Notes: a model not told the origin generated them from the letters alone. Counted from the stretch's first letter, positions 27,717 to 41,737 are shown. The stretch: DNA of 64,000 nt from Eledone cirrhosa (GCA_964016885.1 OZ024750.1:35402001-35466000); one strand, 5' to 3'. Translations and numbers: made by a program.

Positions 27717-27727
27717 TAATATAATAT

Positions 27728-28124
27728 AAGAGACCCGACCCGCCTTGCCTAAGTACAAAGCGAAACCTACAGTCAGTAGGCACCTCTTAACAAAAATACA
27801 CCCCCATCCCACTAACCCCACCCCATCCACACCACCCCTTTCGATGTAAAGTTATGTTGGTTGGTACCACAACATCCAGTCCGAAACAAATGAGATCGTG
27901 TAGGTGTCACGACAAAAAAACACTCAGTCCACGCTGTAATGTGGCCATGTAGGCAACACGGTAAAAACCTCCCAGTCCACACTGTAAACGTGGTTGGTGT
28001 TAGGAAGGGCATCCAGCCGTAGAAAACCCGCCAGACAGTCCTATACGAGCAAGACAACCAATCTTGCCTCAAGTGGGAAAATTCCCGTCCAAACCCATGC
28101 AAGCGTGGATGATGGATGTTAAAC

Positions 28125-28160
<36 letters not shown>
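27728..28160 (+). mobile_element. RTE LINE 3' UTR with (GAT)n tail
   Basis: Matches 59643-60050. Confidence 0.9.
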
Positions 28161-28578
28161 AAGAGGTTATCGTTTAGTATGAGAATATGTTTTAAATGAA
28201 GTATATGTTTTGTTATCAATTGCTTTCTCCTATTGTAGAATCTAAACAATATCTATTCTTGCTGCCTTTACTATGACATTTCTAAATGCCAATATTTATT
28301 TTATGACACTGGTGTTAAAATCTAAGAGAATCATTTGGTCATCAATTATACAATAACATTGTATTTCTTTATATCCTAATTTATGATAAATTTTATGGCA
28401 TAGCATACTCTTATTGCAAATATATACAACATAGTCTGTTGATACAACATAGTCTGTCATTTTTTAATCTGAAATATACACGGACACACAGAGATATATA
28501 TACTGTAGTTAACGTTTGGTAGAAATATCCAAGGGTAAGAACATTCAGTCCATAGGACAAGTTTAGTATAAATAATTA

Positions 28579-29002
28579 TGGAGGCACATGGCTTAGTGGT
28601 TAGAGCATTGGCCTTGCAATCGAAAGGTTGTGAGTTCAATTCTCAGACCGGGTGATGTGTTGTTTCCTTGAGCAAGACACCTTATTTCACATTGCTCCAG
28701 TTTACTCAGCTGTAGAAATGAGACGATAGGGACCGGGTCCCTATCATTCCACTGCAAAGTGGTCGTGGAGGTGCACCCAGCCCACACTGTAAAGTGGACG
28801 TGTAGGCACCACGGCAAAAAAGCACCCAGCCCACACTGTAAAGTGGACATGTAGGCGCCACGGTAAAAAAGCACCCACCACTTACTGTAAATGAGGTTGG
28901 TGTTAGGAAGGGCTTCCAGCTGTAGAAATCAAGCCAGAATCAGTTCCCGTCCCACCCTTGCAAGCAGGGAAAAGCGGACGTAAAATGATGATGATGATGA
29001 TG
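28579..29002 (+). mobile_element. SINE family A, full length, with extra internal ~49-bp units
   Basis: Same as 5957-6292 but the CACCCAGCCCACACTGTAAAGTGG unit is reiterated. Confidence 0.9.
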
Positions 29003-29256
29003 AATTACAACAGTGGTCCATTCCAGACAGTCTGGAATTTGCTGCCAAAACAGCAAGAGCTCAGCTGTTGGGCCCCAACTCTCTAATATATTTACACTCT
29101 ACTATACCAAGTATCAAGTACTCTGCTGAAAATAGTATTAGTTGTTTAAAACTGATAAAATCTTGATCTATATATGTATATATATGTGTGTGTATATATT
29201 TAACATCCACTTATGTATGTGTTTGTGTATGTATATATGTATATATATATATATAA

Positions 29257-29516
29257 ATGTAAGTATAGTATATTTGGCAATATGCCGTATGTTTAATTAA
29301 AAACATTTTGAAGACTATGTCACTTACTTCTTTTTGCAGCAAAAGAAGGGAGAGAAGCTGACAGATTCTGTTTCACATTGTTGGTGATCCTCAGAGCAAC
29401 GTACTCCCCGCCTCTGCCAAAAATTATAGAGGCTGGATTCTTGTAGAATTTCAGTAATAATCAAGAACTGATTTAATTAAACATACGGTATATTGCCAAA
29501 TATACTATACATACAT
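29257..29516 (-). mobile_element. short Penelope-like/retrozyme-like element with ~45-bp terminal inverted repeats
   Basis: AATGTAAGTATAGTATATTTGGCAATATGCCGTATGTTTAATTAAA / TTTAATTAAACATACGGTATATTGCCAAATATACTATACATACATT; internal hammerhead motif; (TA)n flank. Confidence 0.65.
29357..29397 (-). ncRNA. minimal type I hammerhead ribozyme candidate
   Basis: GCU-CUGAGGA-UCACCAACAAUGU-GAAA-CAG-AAU-CUG-UC-AGC: intact core, stem III closing on a GUC triplet, 3-bp stem I, weak stem II. Confidence 0.6.
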
Positions 29517-29534
29517 TCCTGTATACATCACTAT

Positions 29535-31416
29535 TACCTGGATGCGGTGCTCGAGGCGGCAGGCTTCGGACTCGTGTTCAGGGGCTGAATTGCTGCAATG
29601 CACAACAGCAACATCTGCTCAAGGGTCAAGGTGAACGGCTACCTCTCGGAGCCGTTCCATATCACGCGATCCATTCGACAGGGATGCCCTCTCTCCTCCC
29701 TTTTGTACGTATTGACTCTCGAGCCACTAATGCGGAAGTTAGAGCTATTGCAGGGCATCCCTCTGGAACCGGGACTGCGGAAAGCGGCGTCGGCCTATGC
29801 CGACGACGTGACAACAATGGTATCGAGCGCCTCGCAAATCGAGGAAGTCAGCACCTTACTGAAGGAATACGAAAGTTTCACAGGAGCGAAGCTGAACCGG
29901 GACAAGTCCATTGGTTTGCAACTCGGATCGTGGAGAGGCAAACCGATGCCTTCCGATGGCGTCATCGGACGCTGGACGGAAGGACCGGTAAAGCTGCTTG
30001 GAGTCTGGTTTGGTCCGGACCTCCAGGTTGAAAAGAACTGGAACGAGGTGACAGCCAAGGTGTTTGCACTCACCAAGAAGTGGGCCGAGTGCAAACTATC
30101 CTTCAAAGGTCGAGCGGAGGTGGCGAACCCTTTTATAGCGTCCGCCATCTACTACCGTTTGACCGCCGTGCCTTGTCCAGCCAAAACGCTCGCCAAAATG
30201 GAGCGCGCGCTCTTCCAATTCCTTTGGAAGAGGCGGGCTCCTTTGGTGAGAAGATCCATCTGCTGCCAACACCCTTCCAACGGAGGGCTGGGGATGCCGT
30301 GGCTGACGATGCGCAAACACGTGCTCAGCTTGCGGAATCTATACGTATTCCTCACCGGACAACCAGTGTGGGCCCCGTTCGTGAGGCGAGCCTTCCTATG
30401 ACTAATCTCACTGACCGAGCTGCAGTCCTGGGTCAAGCAAAGACCGAGGAAAATGGGCGACTGGCACATAGAATCTGCTCAGGCACTCATAGCCCTCTGG
30501 CAGGCGGACCCGGCGATCAGCGGAGACTCCACTTTGTCATTCTATTGAGGGTTGATCCGCAGCAAGTGCGACGACGTGCTCGGTGAAACTCTAGGCATAG
30601 AGGAAGACAAACTGGCTGGTCTGTTTGGTAAGACCTTCCGCCCAGGACCGATGGACAACTTCCAAAAGTCCCTGGCCTGGCAGTGCTACCGAGGAGCTCT
30701 ACCAGTTCGTGACAAGCTCTACAGACATGGGCGCCCGGGCAGGGACCTTGCAAAAAAGATCTGTCCGAGGTGCATGCGAGACGAAGAAACCGTCGCACAC
30801 GCATTCATACACTGCCTGGGCATCACCGACCTGTGGGGCTATGTAGAACGACAATTGTCGCGGGTGGGACCAATCCGGTTGACCACCGAGTCCATTGTCA
30901 TGATCAAACCGCCACCCTCCTTCAAAAACGAAGGAGAGGCGGTTTTCCTTTGTGTGATAGCTATGGTGAAAGAGGTTGTATGGTGGACAAGGTTGAAAGG
31001 GTTGAGGTCAGACACCTTTCTCTCCGGCCAACAACTGATTCTTTTTTTCAAATACCACTTTGGAAGAAGAATCAAGATGGAGAGAGAGGTGCTGTACCCC
31101 AGCAAGTTTTATGAAAGGTGGGTGAAAGTGGCGAGAATGGCCCGAGTGAATGGGCCTTCTCTCTATATCAGCCTGTAGGTTGAGGAAAAAGAGGAGGAGA
31201 GGAAAGGAGTACAAACTCTTCGTACTCCTGGAGATGAGGGTTGCACATTTTTTTTCGGGGGTATGTGTTACCCATATGTAATGTCTCCCCCTATTGGGGA
31301 AAATCGACTAATTTTTAAATTGCATTTGTGATAATATTTTACACGTTTTTATTGTATGTAAACTTCCCCCTTTGTATTTTTCCCCTTCTTTTGTGCCCCT
31401 GTGGCTAATAAAGAAA
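29535..31416 (+). mobile_element. 5'-truncated L1/Tx1-clade non-LTR retrotransposon (RT + zf-RVT), pseudogenised
   Basis: RSIRQGCPLSSLLY, AYADD, KLLGVWFG, GGLGMP and the C-terminal CPRC..EETVAHAFIHC zinc knuckle; in-frame stops near 29586, 30399 and 30546; the 3' UTR ends AATAAAGAAAC then (AT)n; much higher GC than the flanks. Confidence 0.92.
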
Positions 31417-31427
31417 CATATATATAG

Positions 31428-31660
31428 AGAGAATATTTAAGTATCGAGAGAAAGAAGAAGAGATAAGTGATACATATGTTTAGTTGCCAATAGCTTGTGC
31501 ATATGTGCTCAATACTTGTGCCTACAGGGTTAAATATTAGAAGCGTTAATATCTAGCGGGCGAGAATATAAGCAGAGCGGTTACAAATAAAATGAATATA
31601 AAGGGGTATATACCGTTAAAACATGTTTATATAACAATGCACCTACGTACGTTTCGCCCA
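31428..31660 (-). mobile_element. Penelope-like pLTR remnant with the 3' half of a hammerhead
   Basis: The minus strand starts GGGC-GAAA-CGUACG-UA-GGUGC (palindromic stem III, GUA site); a related copy lies at 11255; TA flanks. Confidence 0.5.
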
Positions 31661-31667
31661 TATATAT

Positions 31668-32020
31668 CATCATTTCATTTCATCATCATCATTTCATTTT
31701 ACATCCGCTTTTCTCTGCTTGCAAGGGTGGGACGGGAACTGATTCTGGCTTGATTTCTACAGCTGGATGCCCTTCCTAACACCAACCTCATTTACAGTGA
31801 GTGCTGGGTGCCTTTTTGCCGTGGCGCCCCCACAACCACTTTGCAGTGGAATGATAGGGACCCTAGTCCCTATCATCTCATTTCTACAGCTGAGTAAACT
31901 GGAGCAATGTGAAATAAAGTGTCTTGCTCAAGGAAACAACACATCACCCGGTCTGAGAATTGAACTCACAACCTTTTGATTGCAAGCCCAATGCTCTAAC
32001 CACTGAGCCGTGTGCCTCCA
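31668..32020 (-). mobile_element. SINE family A, full length
   Basis: Reverse complement of 17421-17750. Confidence 0.9.
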
Positions 32021-32521
32021 TTTATATATATATATATATAAATATTCCTGTCAGTACAACAACGCTGCCATACCATCACAAAGTAGATGACACAGGAGTG
32101 AACTGAGTGGCAATATGGCATAATATTAAACATCCACCCATCTTTACAAAGTAAATGTGGTGAGAGTCTGAAAGCTACAGTGTTTTGTGATTGAATGGGG
32201 ACAATTTAGGGTCTGACAGAATTCTTCAGTCTGACCTAGCAGAAGACAAGCCTGCTACTGTTGGTGACACATTCACTAAAGTGATAGCATTGGTGCCATG
32301 ATAAAATGTTCCCAATATATTCAGTAAAGTGATAGTGGGGGCACCATGAAATAAACTCACTATCTACCACATACTTTTAACTATATATCTACCACATACT
32401 TCTAACTATCTACTATATACTTCTAACTATTGAACCAAAATAACAACTTACCTGGGAATTGACATCTCTATCAAATATAGAACTTTTTCAACCTAGTTAA
32501 AAATGCATCATATTATTTTCA

Positions 32522-32728
32522 GTAATTGGTAGAGCATCGGCAACATTTTTAGTGACATGTAGTTATGATCCTTTTTGTTCTGAGTTCAAATACCACCAGG
32601 GTTAGCTTTGTCTTTCATCCTTACGGGGGTCAATAAAATAAAGTACCAGTAATACACTGGGATCAATTTAATCAAATTTCCCCTTCCCTTCAAATTTTTG
32701 GCCTTGTGTCTAAATCAAAGACCATTAT
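32522..32728 (+). mobile_element. old SINE family B-related copy
   Basis: GAGTTCAAATACC..TTTCATCCTTACGGGGGTCAATAAAATAAAGTACCAG..GGCCTTGTG. Confidence 0.75.
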
Positions 32729-33685
32729 TTTGATAATGATAATGATAATGAAATTATTGTGTAAAGTGCTCAGGTGCACTACAACTCGTCAAAGGTGTAT
32801 GTATAGTACATAGAATAATACACAAATGTCAGGGAAGTTAATAGTGTATGAGTCATGGTATACATGTGTGTATGTGTATGGAGGGGGAACATTAGCTGTA
32901 GTGTTGGCGGATCTCGGGAAGTATAGTGGTTCCAAGTTTTATGGATGTTTTAAAGCAGAATTCTAGAATTTAAAAAAATTGTTTTAAATAATACATGAAG
33001 TTTTCCTTAAAAATCAGAAATATTTTTAAATGTAACAAAATATTCTAACTTGAATGTTAACTTTGGAATGTAATTGTAACTCTTTGAAATATATGCTTTT
33101 CGAAGAAATATATTGTAAATTTATTCAGCACCAGTCTTTTTATATTTTACTGTCGGTTTTATAAAATTGCTTGTCTGGATTCCGGGACAATGTTACCCAC
33201 AAAATGTTGAGTGCAAGTTCTGAACAAAATCTCTATGATCAAAATAAAATGAAGAATATATCTAAGTGTTATTAAACCAAAAAGACTTTAAATTATAGTA
33301 TTTGAAATGAAACATTACAGTATAGAATCAAAAGAAAATAACATATAAAATGTTTATAGAAAAGGAAAATATAGAAATATAAATAGAAATACATGTAAAC
33401 TGATAAATTAGCTAGTAAAATTCATATGTTAAGAAAGAAAAACATTAGTAAAGGCAAGAACAAAACAGACAGAACAGGAGAAAAAAATACATTATTTGGA
33501 AATGAAAAGCCAATGTCTATCTATAAACAGTATCAATATTCTATTTAAAGATCAAAGAAATCACTGTTTCACTTGGCACCTTTGTATCAGCATATTTATT
33601 AGATAATTTCCATTAATGTCTAGAAAATCTAATTCTGAAATAGTTATCAGAAAATTTATTCAAAACTTCACGCAAGGATTAAAAT

Positions 33686-36600
33686 ATCTACACATACTTC
33701 TGACTAACTATCTACTACATACTTCTAGCTATCTATCTACCACATACTTCTAGCTATCTATCTACCACATACTTCTGACTAACTATCTACTACATACTTC
33801 TAGCTATCTATCTACCACATACTTCTAGCTATCTATCTACCACATACTTCTGACTAACTATCTACTACATACTTCTAACTAACTATCTACCACATACTTC
33901 TAACTATCTATCTACCACATACTTCTGACTAACTATCTACTACATACTTCTAGCTATCTATCTACCACATACTTCTAGCTATCTATCTACCACATACTTC
34001 TGACTAACTATCTACTACATACTTCTAACTAACTATCTACCACATACTTCTAACTATCTATCTACCACATACTTCTAACTATCTATCTACTACATACTTC
34101 TAACTATCTATCTACCACATACTTCTAACTATCTATCTACCACATACTTCTATCTATCTACCACATACTTCTAACTATCTATCTACCACATACTTCTAAC
34201 TAACTATCTACCACATACTTATAACTATCTATCTACCACATACTTCTAACTATCTATCTACTACATACTTCTAACTATCTATCTACCACATACTTCTAAC
34301 TATCTATCTACCACATACTTATAACTAACTATCTACCACATACTTCTAACTATCTATCTACTACATACTTCTAACTATCTGTCTACCATATACTTCTAAC
34401 TATCTATCTACCACATACTTCTAACTATCTACCACATACTTCTAACTATCTATCTACCACATACTTATAACTATCTATCTACCACATACTTCTAACTATC
34501 TATCTACTACATACTTCTAACTATCTACCACATACTTCTAACTAACTATCTACTACATACTTCTAACTAACTATCTACTACATACTTCTAACTATCTATC
34601 TACTACATACTTCTAACTAACTATCTACTACATACTTCTAACTATCTATCTACTACATACTTCTAACTAACTATCTACTACATACTTCTAACTAACTATC
34701 TACCACATACTTCTAACTATCTATCTACCACATACTTCTGACTAACTATCTACTACATACTTCTAGCTATCTATCTACCACATACTTCTAGCTATCTATC
34801 TACCACATACTTCTGACTAACTATCTACTACATACTTCTAACTAACTATCTACCACATACTTCTAACTATCTATCTACCACATACTTCTAACTATCTATC
34901 TACTACATACTTCTAACTATCTATCTACCACATACTTCTAACTATCTATCTACCACATACTTCTATCTATCTACCACATACTTCTAACTATCTATCTACC
35001 ACATACTTCTAACTAACTATCTACCACATACTTATAACTATCTATCTACCACATACTTCTAACTATCTATCTACTACATACTTCTAACTATCTATCTACC
35101 ACATACTTCTAACTATCTATCTACCACATACTTATAACTAACTATCTACCACATACTTCTAACTATCTATCTACTACATACTTCTAACTATCTGTCTACC
35201 ATATACTTCTAACTATCTATCTACCACATACTTCTAACTATCTACCACATACTTCTAACTATCTATCTACCACATACTTATAACTATCTATCTACCACAT
35301 ACTTCTAACTATCTATCTACTACATACTTCTAACTATCTACCACATACTTCTAACTAACTATCTACTACATACTTCTAACTAACTATCTACTACATACTT
35401 CTAACTATCTATCTACTACATACTTCTAACTAACTATCTACTACATACTTCTAACTATCTATCTACTACATACTTCTAACTAACTATCTACTACATACTT
35501 CTAACTAACTATCTACTACATACTTCTAACTATCTATCTACCACATACTTCTGACTAACTATCTACCACATACTTCTAGCTATCTATCTACCACATACTT
35601 CTAGCTATCTATCTACTACATACTTCTAACTAACTATCTACTACATACTTCTAACTATCTATCTACCACATACTTCTAACTAACTATCTACCACATACTT
35701 CTAACTATCTATCTACTACATACTTCTAACTATCTATCTACCACATACTTCTAACTATCTATCTACTACATACTTCTAACTATCTATCTACTACATACTT
35801 CTAAATAACTATCTACTACATACTTCTAACTATCTATCTACCACATACTTCTAACTATCTATCTACCACATACTTATAACTAACTATCTACCACATACTT
35901 ATAACTATCTATCTACTACATACTTCTAACTATCTGTCTACCATATACTTCTAACTATCTATCTACCACATACTTCTAACTATCTACCACATACTTCTAA
36001 CTAACTATCTACTACATACTTCTAACTATCTATCTACTACATACTTCTAACTATCTATCTACCACATACTTCTAACTATCTATCTACTACATACTTCTAA
36101 CTATCTATCTACTACATACTTCTAAATAACTATCTACCACATACTTCTAACTATCTATCTACTACATACTTCTAACTATCTGTCTACCATATACTTCTAA
36201 CTATCTATCTACCACATACTTCTAACTATCTACCACATACTTCTAACTATCTACCACATACTTCTAACTAACTATCTACCACATACTTCTAACTAACTAT
36301 CTACTACATACTTCTAGCTATCTATCTACCACATACTTCTAACTATCTATCTACCACATACTTCTAACTATCTATCTACCACATACTTCTAACTATCTAT
36401 CTACCACATACTTCTAACTATCTACCACATACTTCTAACTATCTATCTACCACATACTTCTAACTATCTACCACATACTTCTAACTATCTACCACATACT
36501 TCTAACTAACTATCTACTACATACTTCTAACTATCTATCTACCACATACTTCTAACTATCTATCTACTACATACTTCTAAATAACTATCTACCACATACT

Positions 36601-39600
36601 TCTAACTATCTATCTACTACATACTTCTAAATAACTATCTACTACATACTTCTAACTATCTATCTACCACATACTTCTAACTATCTATCTACCACATACT
36701 TATAACTAACTATCTACCACATACTTCTGACTAACTATCTACTACATACTTCTAACTAACTATCTACCACATACTTCTAACTATCTATCTACTACATACT
36801 TCTAACTATCTATCTACCACATACTTCTAACTATCTATCTACCACATACTTCTAACTATCTATCTACCACATACTTCTAACTATCTATCTACCACATACT
36901 TCTAACTATCTATCTACCACATACTTATAACTAACTATCTACCACATACTTCTGACTAACAATCTACTACATACTTCTAACTAACTATCTACCACATACT
37001 TCTAACTATCTATCTACCACATACTTCTAACTATCTATCTACCACATACTTCTAACTAACAATCTACTACATACTTCTAACTAACTATCTACTACATACT
37101 TCTAACTATCTATCTACCACATACTTCTAACTATCTATCTACCACATACTTCTAACTATCTATCTACCACATACTTCTAACTATCTATCTACCACATACT
37201 TATAACTAACTATCTACCACATACTTCTAACTATCTATCTACCGCATACTTCTAACTATCTATCTACTACATACTTCTAACTAACTATCTACTACATACT
37301 TCTAACTATCTATCTACCACATACTTCTAACTATCTATCTACCACATACTTCTAACTATCTACCACATACTTCTAGCTATCTATCTACCACATACTTCTA
37401 ACTATCTATCTACTACATACTTCTAACTATCTATCTACCACATACTTCTAACTATCTATCTACCACATACTTCTAACTATCTATCTACTACATACTTCTA
37501 ACTAACTATCTACTACATACTTCTAACTATCTATCTACCACATACTTCTAACTATCGATCTACCACATACTTCTAACTAACTATCTACTACATACTTCTA
37601 ACTAACTATCTACTACATACTTCTAACTAACTATCTACTACATACTTCTAACTAACTATCTACTACATACTTCTAACTAACTATCTACTACATACTTCTA
37701 ACTAACTATCTACTACATACTTCTAACTATCGATCTACCACATACTTCTAACTAACTATCTACTACATACTTCTAGCTATCTACCACATACTTCTAACTA
37801 TCTACCACATACTTCTAACTATCTACCACATACTTCTAACTATCTATCTACCACATACTTCTAACTAACTATCTACCACATACTTCTAACTATCTATCTA
37901 CCACATACTTCTAACTATCTACCACATACTTCTAACTATCTACCACATACTTCTAACTATCTACCACATACTTCTAACTATCTACCACATACTTCTAACT
38001 AACTATCTACCACATACTTCTAACTATCTATCTACCACATACTTCTAACTATCTATCTACCACATACTTCTAACTATCTACCACATACTTCTAACTATCT
38101 ACCACATACTTCTAACTATCTACCACATACTTCTAACTAACTATCTACCACATACTTCTAACTATCTACCACATACTTCTAACTATCTACCACATACTTC
38201 TAACTATCTACCACATACTTCTAACTAACTATCTACCACATACTTCTAACTATCTATCTACCACATACTTCTAACTAACTATCTACTACATACTTCTAAC
38301 TAACTATCTACTACATACTTCTAACTATCTATCTACCACATACTTCTAACTAACTATCTACTACATACTTCTAACTATCTATCTACCACATACTTCTAAC
38401 TAACTATCTACCACATACTTCTAACTATCTATCTACCACATACTTCTAACTAACTATCTACTACATACTTCTAACTAACTATCTACTACATACTTCTAAC
38501 TATCTATCTACCACATACTTCTAACTAACTATCTACTACATACTTCTAACTATCTATCTACCACATACTTCTAACTAACTATCTACTACATACTTCTAAC
38601 TATCTATCTACTACATACTTCTAACTATCTATCTACCACATACTTCTAACTAACTATCTACTACATACTTCTAACTAACTATCTACTACATACTTCTAAC
38701 TATCTATCTACCACATACTTCTAACTATCTACCACATACTTCTAACTATCTACCACATACTTCTAACTATCTATCTACCGCATACTTCTAACTATCTACC
38801 ACATACTTCTAACTATCTACCACATACTTCTAACTATCTACCACATACTTCTAACTATCTACCACATACTTCTAACTATCTACCACATACTTCTAACTAT
38901 CTACCACATACTTCTAATTATCTACAACATACTTCTAACTATCTACCACATACTTCTATCTATCTACCACATACTTCTAACTATCTACCACATACTTCTA
39001 ACTATCTACCACATACTTCTAACTATCTACCACATACTTCTAATTAACTATCTACCACATACTTCTAACTATCTACCACATACTTCTAATTAACTATCTA
39101 CCACATACTTCTAACTCTCTATCTACCACATACTTCTAACTATCTACCACATACTTCTAATTAACTATCTACCACATACTTCTAACTATCTACCACATAC
39201 TTCTAATTAACTATCTACCACATACTTCTAACTATCTATCTACCACATACTTCTAACTAACTATCTACCACATACTTCTAATTAACTATCTACCACATAC
39301 TTCTAATTAACTATCTACCACATACTTCTAACTCTCTATCTACCACATACTTCTAACTATCTACCACATACTTCTAATTAACTATCTACCACATACTTCT
39401 AACTATCTACCACATACTTCTAATTAACTATCTACCACATACTTCTAACTCTCTATCTACCACATACTTCTAACTATCTACCACATACTTCTAACTATCT
39501 ATCTACCACATACTTCTAACTAACTATCTACCATATACTTCTAACTATCTACCACATACTTCTAACTATCTATCACATACTTCTAACTATCTACCACATA

Positions 39601-39640
39601 CTTCTAACTATCTACCACATACTTCTAACATTCTACCACA
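33686..39640. repeat. 25/21-bp satellite array (~6 kb, roughly 240 units)
   Basis: Unit CCACATACTTCTAACTATCTATCTA (25 bp) and a 4-bp-deleted 21-bp variant; nearly G-free on the + strand. Confidence 0.98.
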
Positions 39641-40084
39641 TCAAATCTCTTCAACCATAAGAGGCAGACAATTTCTCATTTTATTTTCAGGTCTTACCCA
39701 GATATTTATCACACACATACATGTACTGTTACACTTACACACACACACTGATACTGACACACATGCACATGCATTGTCACAGTGACAAACACACATACAG
39801 ACACTGACACACACACACACATGCACTGTTATGCTGTCACACTAACACACACAGACACCAATACACAAACACACTGACACATACACACACACTGACACAC
39901 TCACACTGACACTCACATGCACACACACACACTGATATACACACACACACACACTGACACACTCGCACTGACACACTCGCACTGACACACACACACACAC
40001 TCACACTCACACACATACACACTGACACACACACACACACACCCTGACACACTCGCACTAACACTCACACACACACACCCCGAC

Positions 40085-40437
40085 ACTCACATGCACACAC
40101 ACACTGCTCCACGAGCATCCTAGCTAGAATAAGGATAGGATAAAAGTTTAGGAAGCTACTACCTCTGTTAACAAAACACATTGGCACAGAGGTATGATGT
40201 GGATGGAAGATGACCGATGGTTGAAGAAGTGGCAGGTGGCAGGAAATCCCAGTGGAAAAAAGCTGCAGTAGAGGAAGACCAAGAAAAACCTAGGTGGAGG
40301 TGGTGAGAGCTGATCTCACATTGCCGAGACTGATAGAGGAGATGACAAAGGAACACGGTGAGTGGAGATATGCTGTGCATAAAAGGACCTATCCAACCCA
40401 TGCAAATGTGGAAAAACCAATGGAAATATGATGATTA
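40085..40437 (+). mobile_element. internally deleted RTE 3' fragment
   Basis: GCTAGAATAAGGATAGGAT.AAAAGTTTAGG (ARIRIG.KSL) fused to GAAGATGAC..GGAAGACCAAGAAAAACC (GRPRKT) and the tail. Confidence 0.7.
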
Positions 40438-40461
40438 TTATTTAGGTTCCATTATTATTTA

Positions 40462-40652
40462 GGGTGGCGAATTGGCAGTATCGGTAGAGGGTTGGACGCC
40501 ATGCTTTCTAGCATAGAGTTACGTCCCTTTATGATCTGAGTTCAAATCCTGCCAAGGTTAACTTTGCCTTTCATCCCTACAGGGTCGATAAAATAAAGTA
40601 CCAGTAATGTGCTGGGTAATTGCTGGCCTTGTGCCTAAAGTAGAAACAATTA
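40462..40652 (+). mobile_element. SINE family B with a 16-bp flanking direct repeat (probable TSD)
   Basis: ATTATTTAGGTTCCAT at about 40437-40452 and 40649-40664. Confidence 0.9.
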
Positions 40653-40914
40653 TTTAGGTTCCATAATTTAGGGAGTCAATAAAAAGAGATCAGTAAAATA
40701 TGTACCAGTTTTAAAAATAATAAATACTAGTGTCAATATGACTATGATATGATGAGTTAAATTTTCTTATGGTTGTGTCTTAGCATAGACACAGTCTTAA
40801 GACTGAGAACAGTAAAGAAATAAAATAAAGAAATATAAAGAAGAAAGTAAAAGCTTTTCCTCCCTTTCAGAAATAGAAAGGTACAACCTAATTTATATAT
40901 AGAGTGTACATTAT

Positions 40915-41421
40915 TCTGAGTTCAAATCCCGCCGAGGTTGACTTTGCCTTTCATCCTTACGGGGTCGATAAAATAAAGTACCAGTAATGCACTGGGTATT
41001 TGCTGGCCTTGTGCCTAAAGTAGAAACAATTATTATATAAAACCGTATATCCTTATATAAAACCTTTTTTCCACTGGGATTTCCTGCCACTTCTTCAACC
41101 ATAGGTCATCATCCATCCACATCATACCTCTGTGCCAATGTGTTTTGTTAACAGCAGTAGTAACTCCCTAAACAGAGGTAGTAGCTCCCTAAACTTCTAT
41201 CCTATCCTTATTCTATTATTATATAATGTGTCGGTAGAGAGTCGGACACCATGCTTTGAAGCATAGAGTTACGTCCCTTTATGATCTGAGTTCAAATCCC
41301 GCCGAGGTTAACTTTGCCTTTCATCCTTACGGGGGGGGGGGGGGGGGGGTCGATAAAATAAAGTACCAGTAATGTACTGGGTAATGTGCTGGCCTTGTGC
41401 CTAAAATAGAAACAATTATTA
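40915..41421 (+). mobile_element. two SINE family B copies (40915-41036, 41230-41421) flanking an inverted RTE fragment
   Basis: Consensus matches; the second has GGGG expanded to G19. Confidence 0.85.
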
Positions 41422-41737
41422 TATAAAACCTTAAATAAATGTATTTGGTAACTTTAGTAGTTTAAATTACCATAATTAAAAATAGATGTCACTTGGGAAA
41501 ATGTTTGATTTTTTTAATTCATAACAAAAGAGTTCCATACACAGCAGTAATCATATCAGATTAAAAACAAAAATTTAATTGATTACTTTATATTGTTGAA
41601 GGTATCAGGAGAATATTAGATTTCTGCCAATTTTAGAATTTCTTCAATATACTAGAGTATCACTTATCCATGGCACCCACACAGTGTTTCTTTTATATTG
41701 TAATTCTTCTTCATTCTTTTTCATTTTGATTCCTCGT

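Noticed and set aside
29684-31105. Overlapping alternative-frame and antisense ORFs in the Tx1/L1 and RTE elements
   Set aside because: Expected by-products of GC-rich or coding sequence; no motifs
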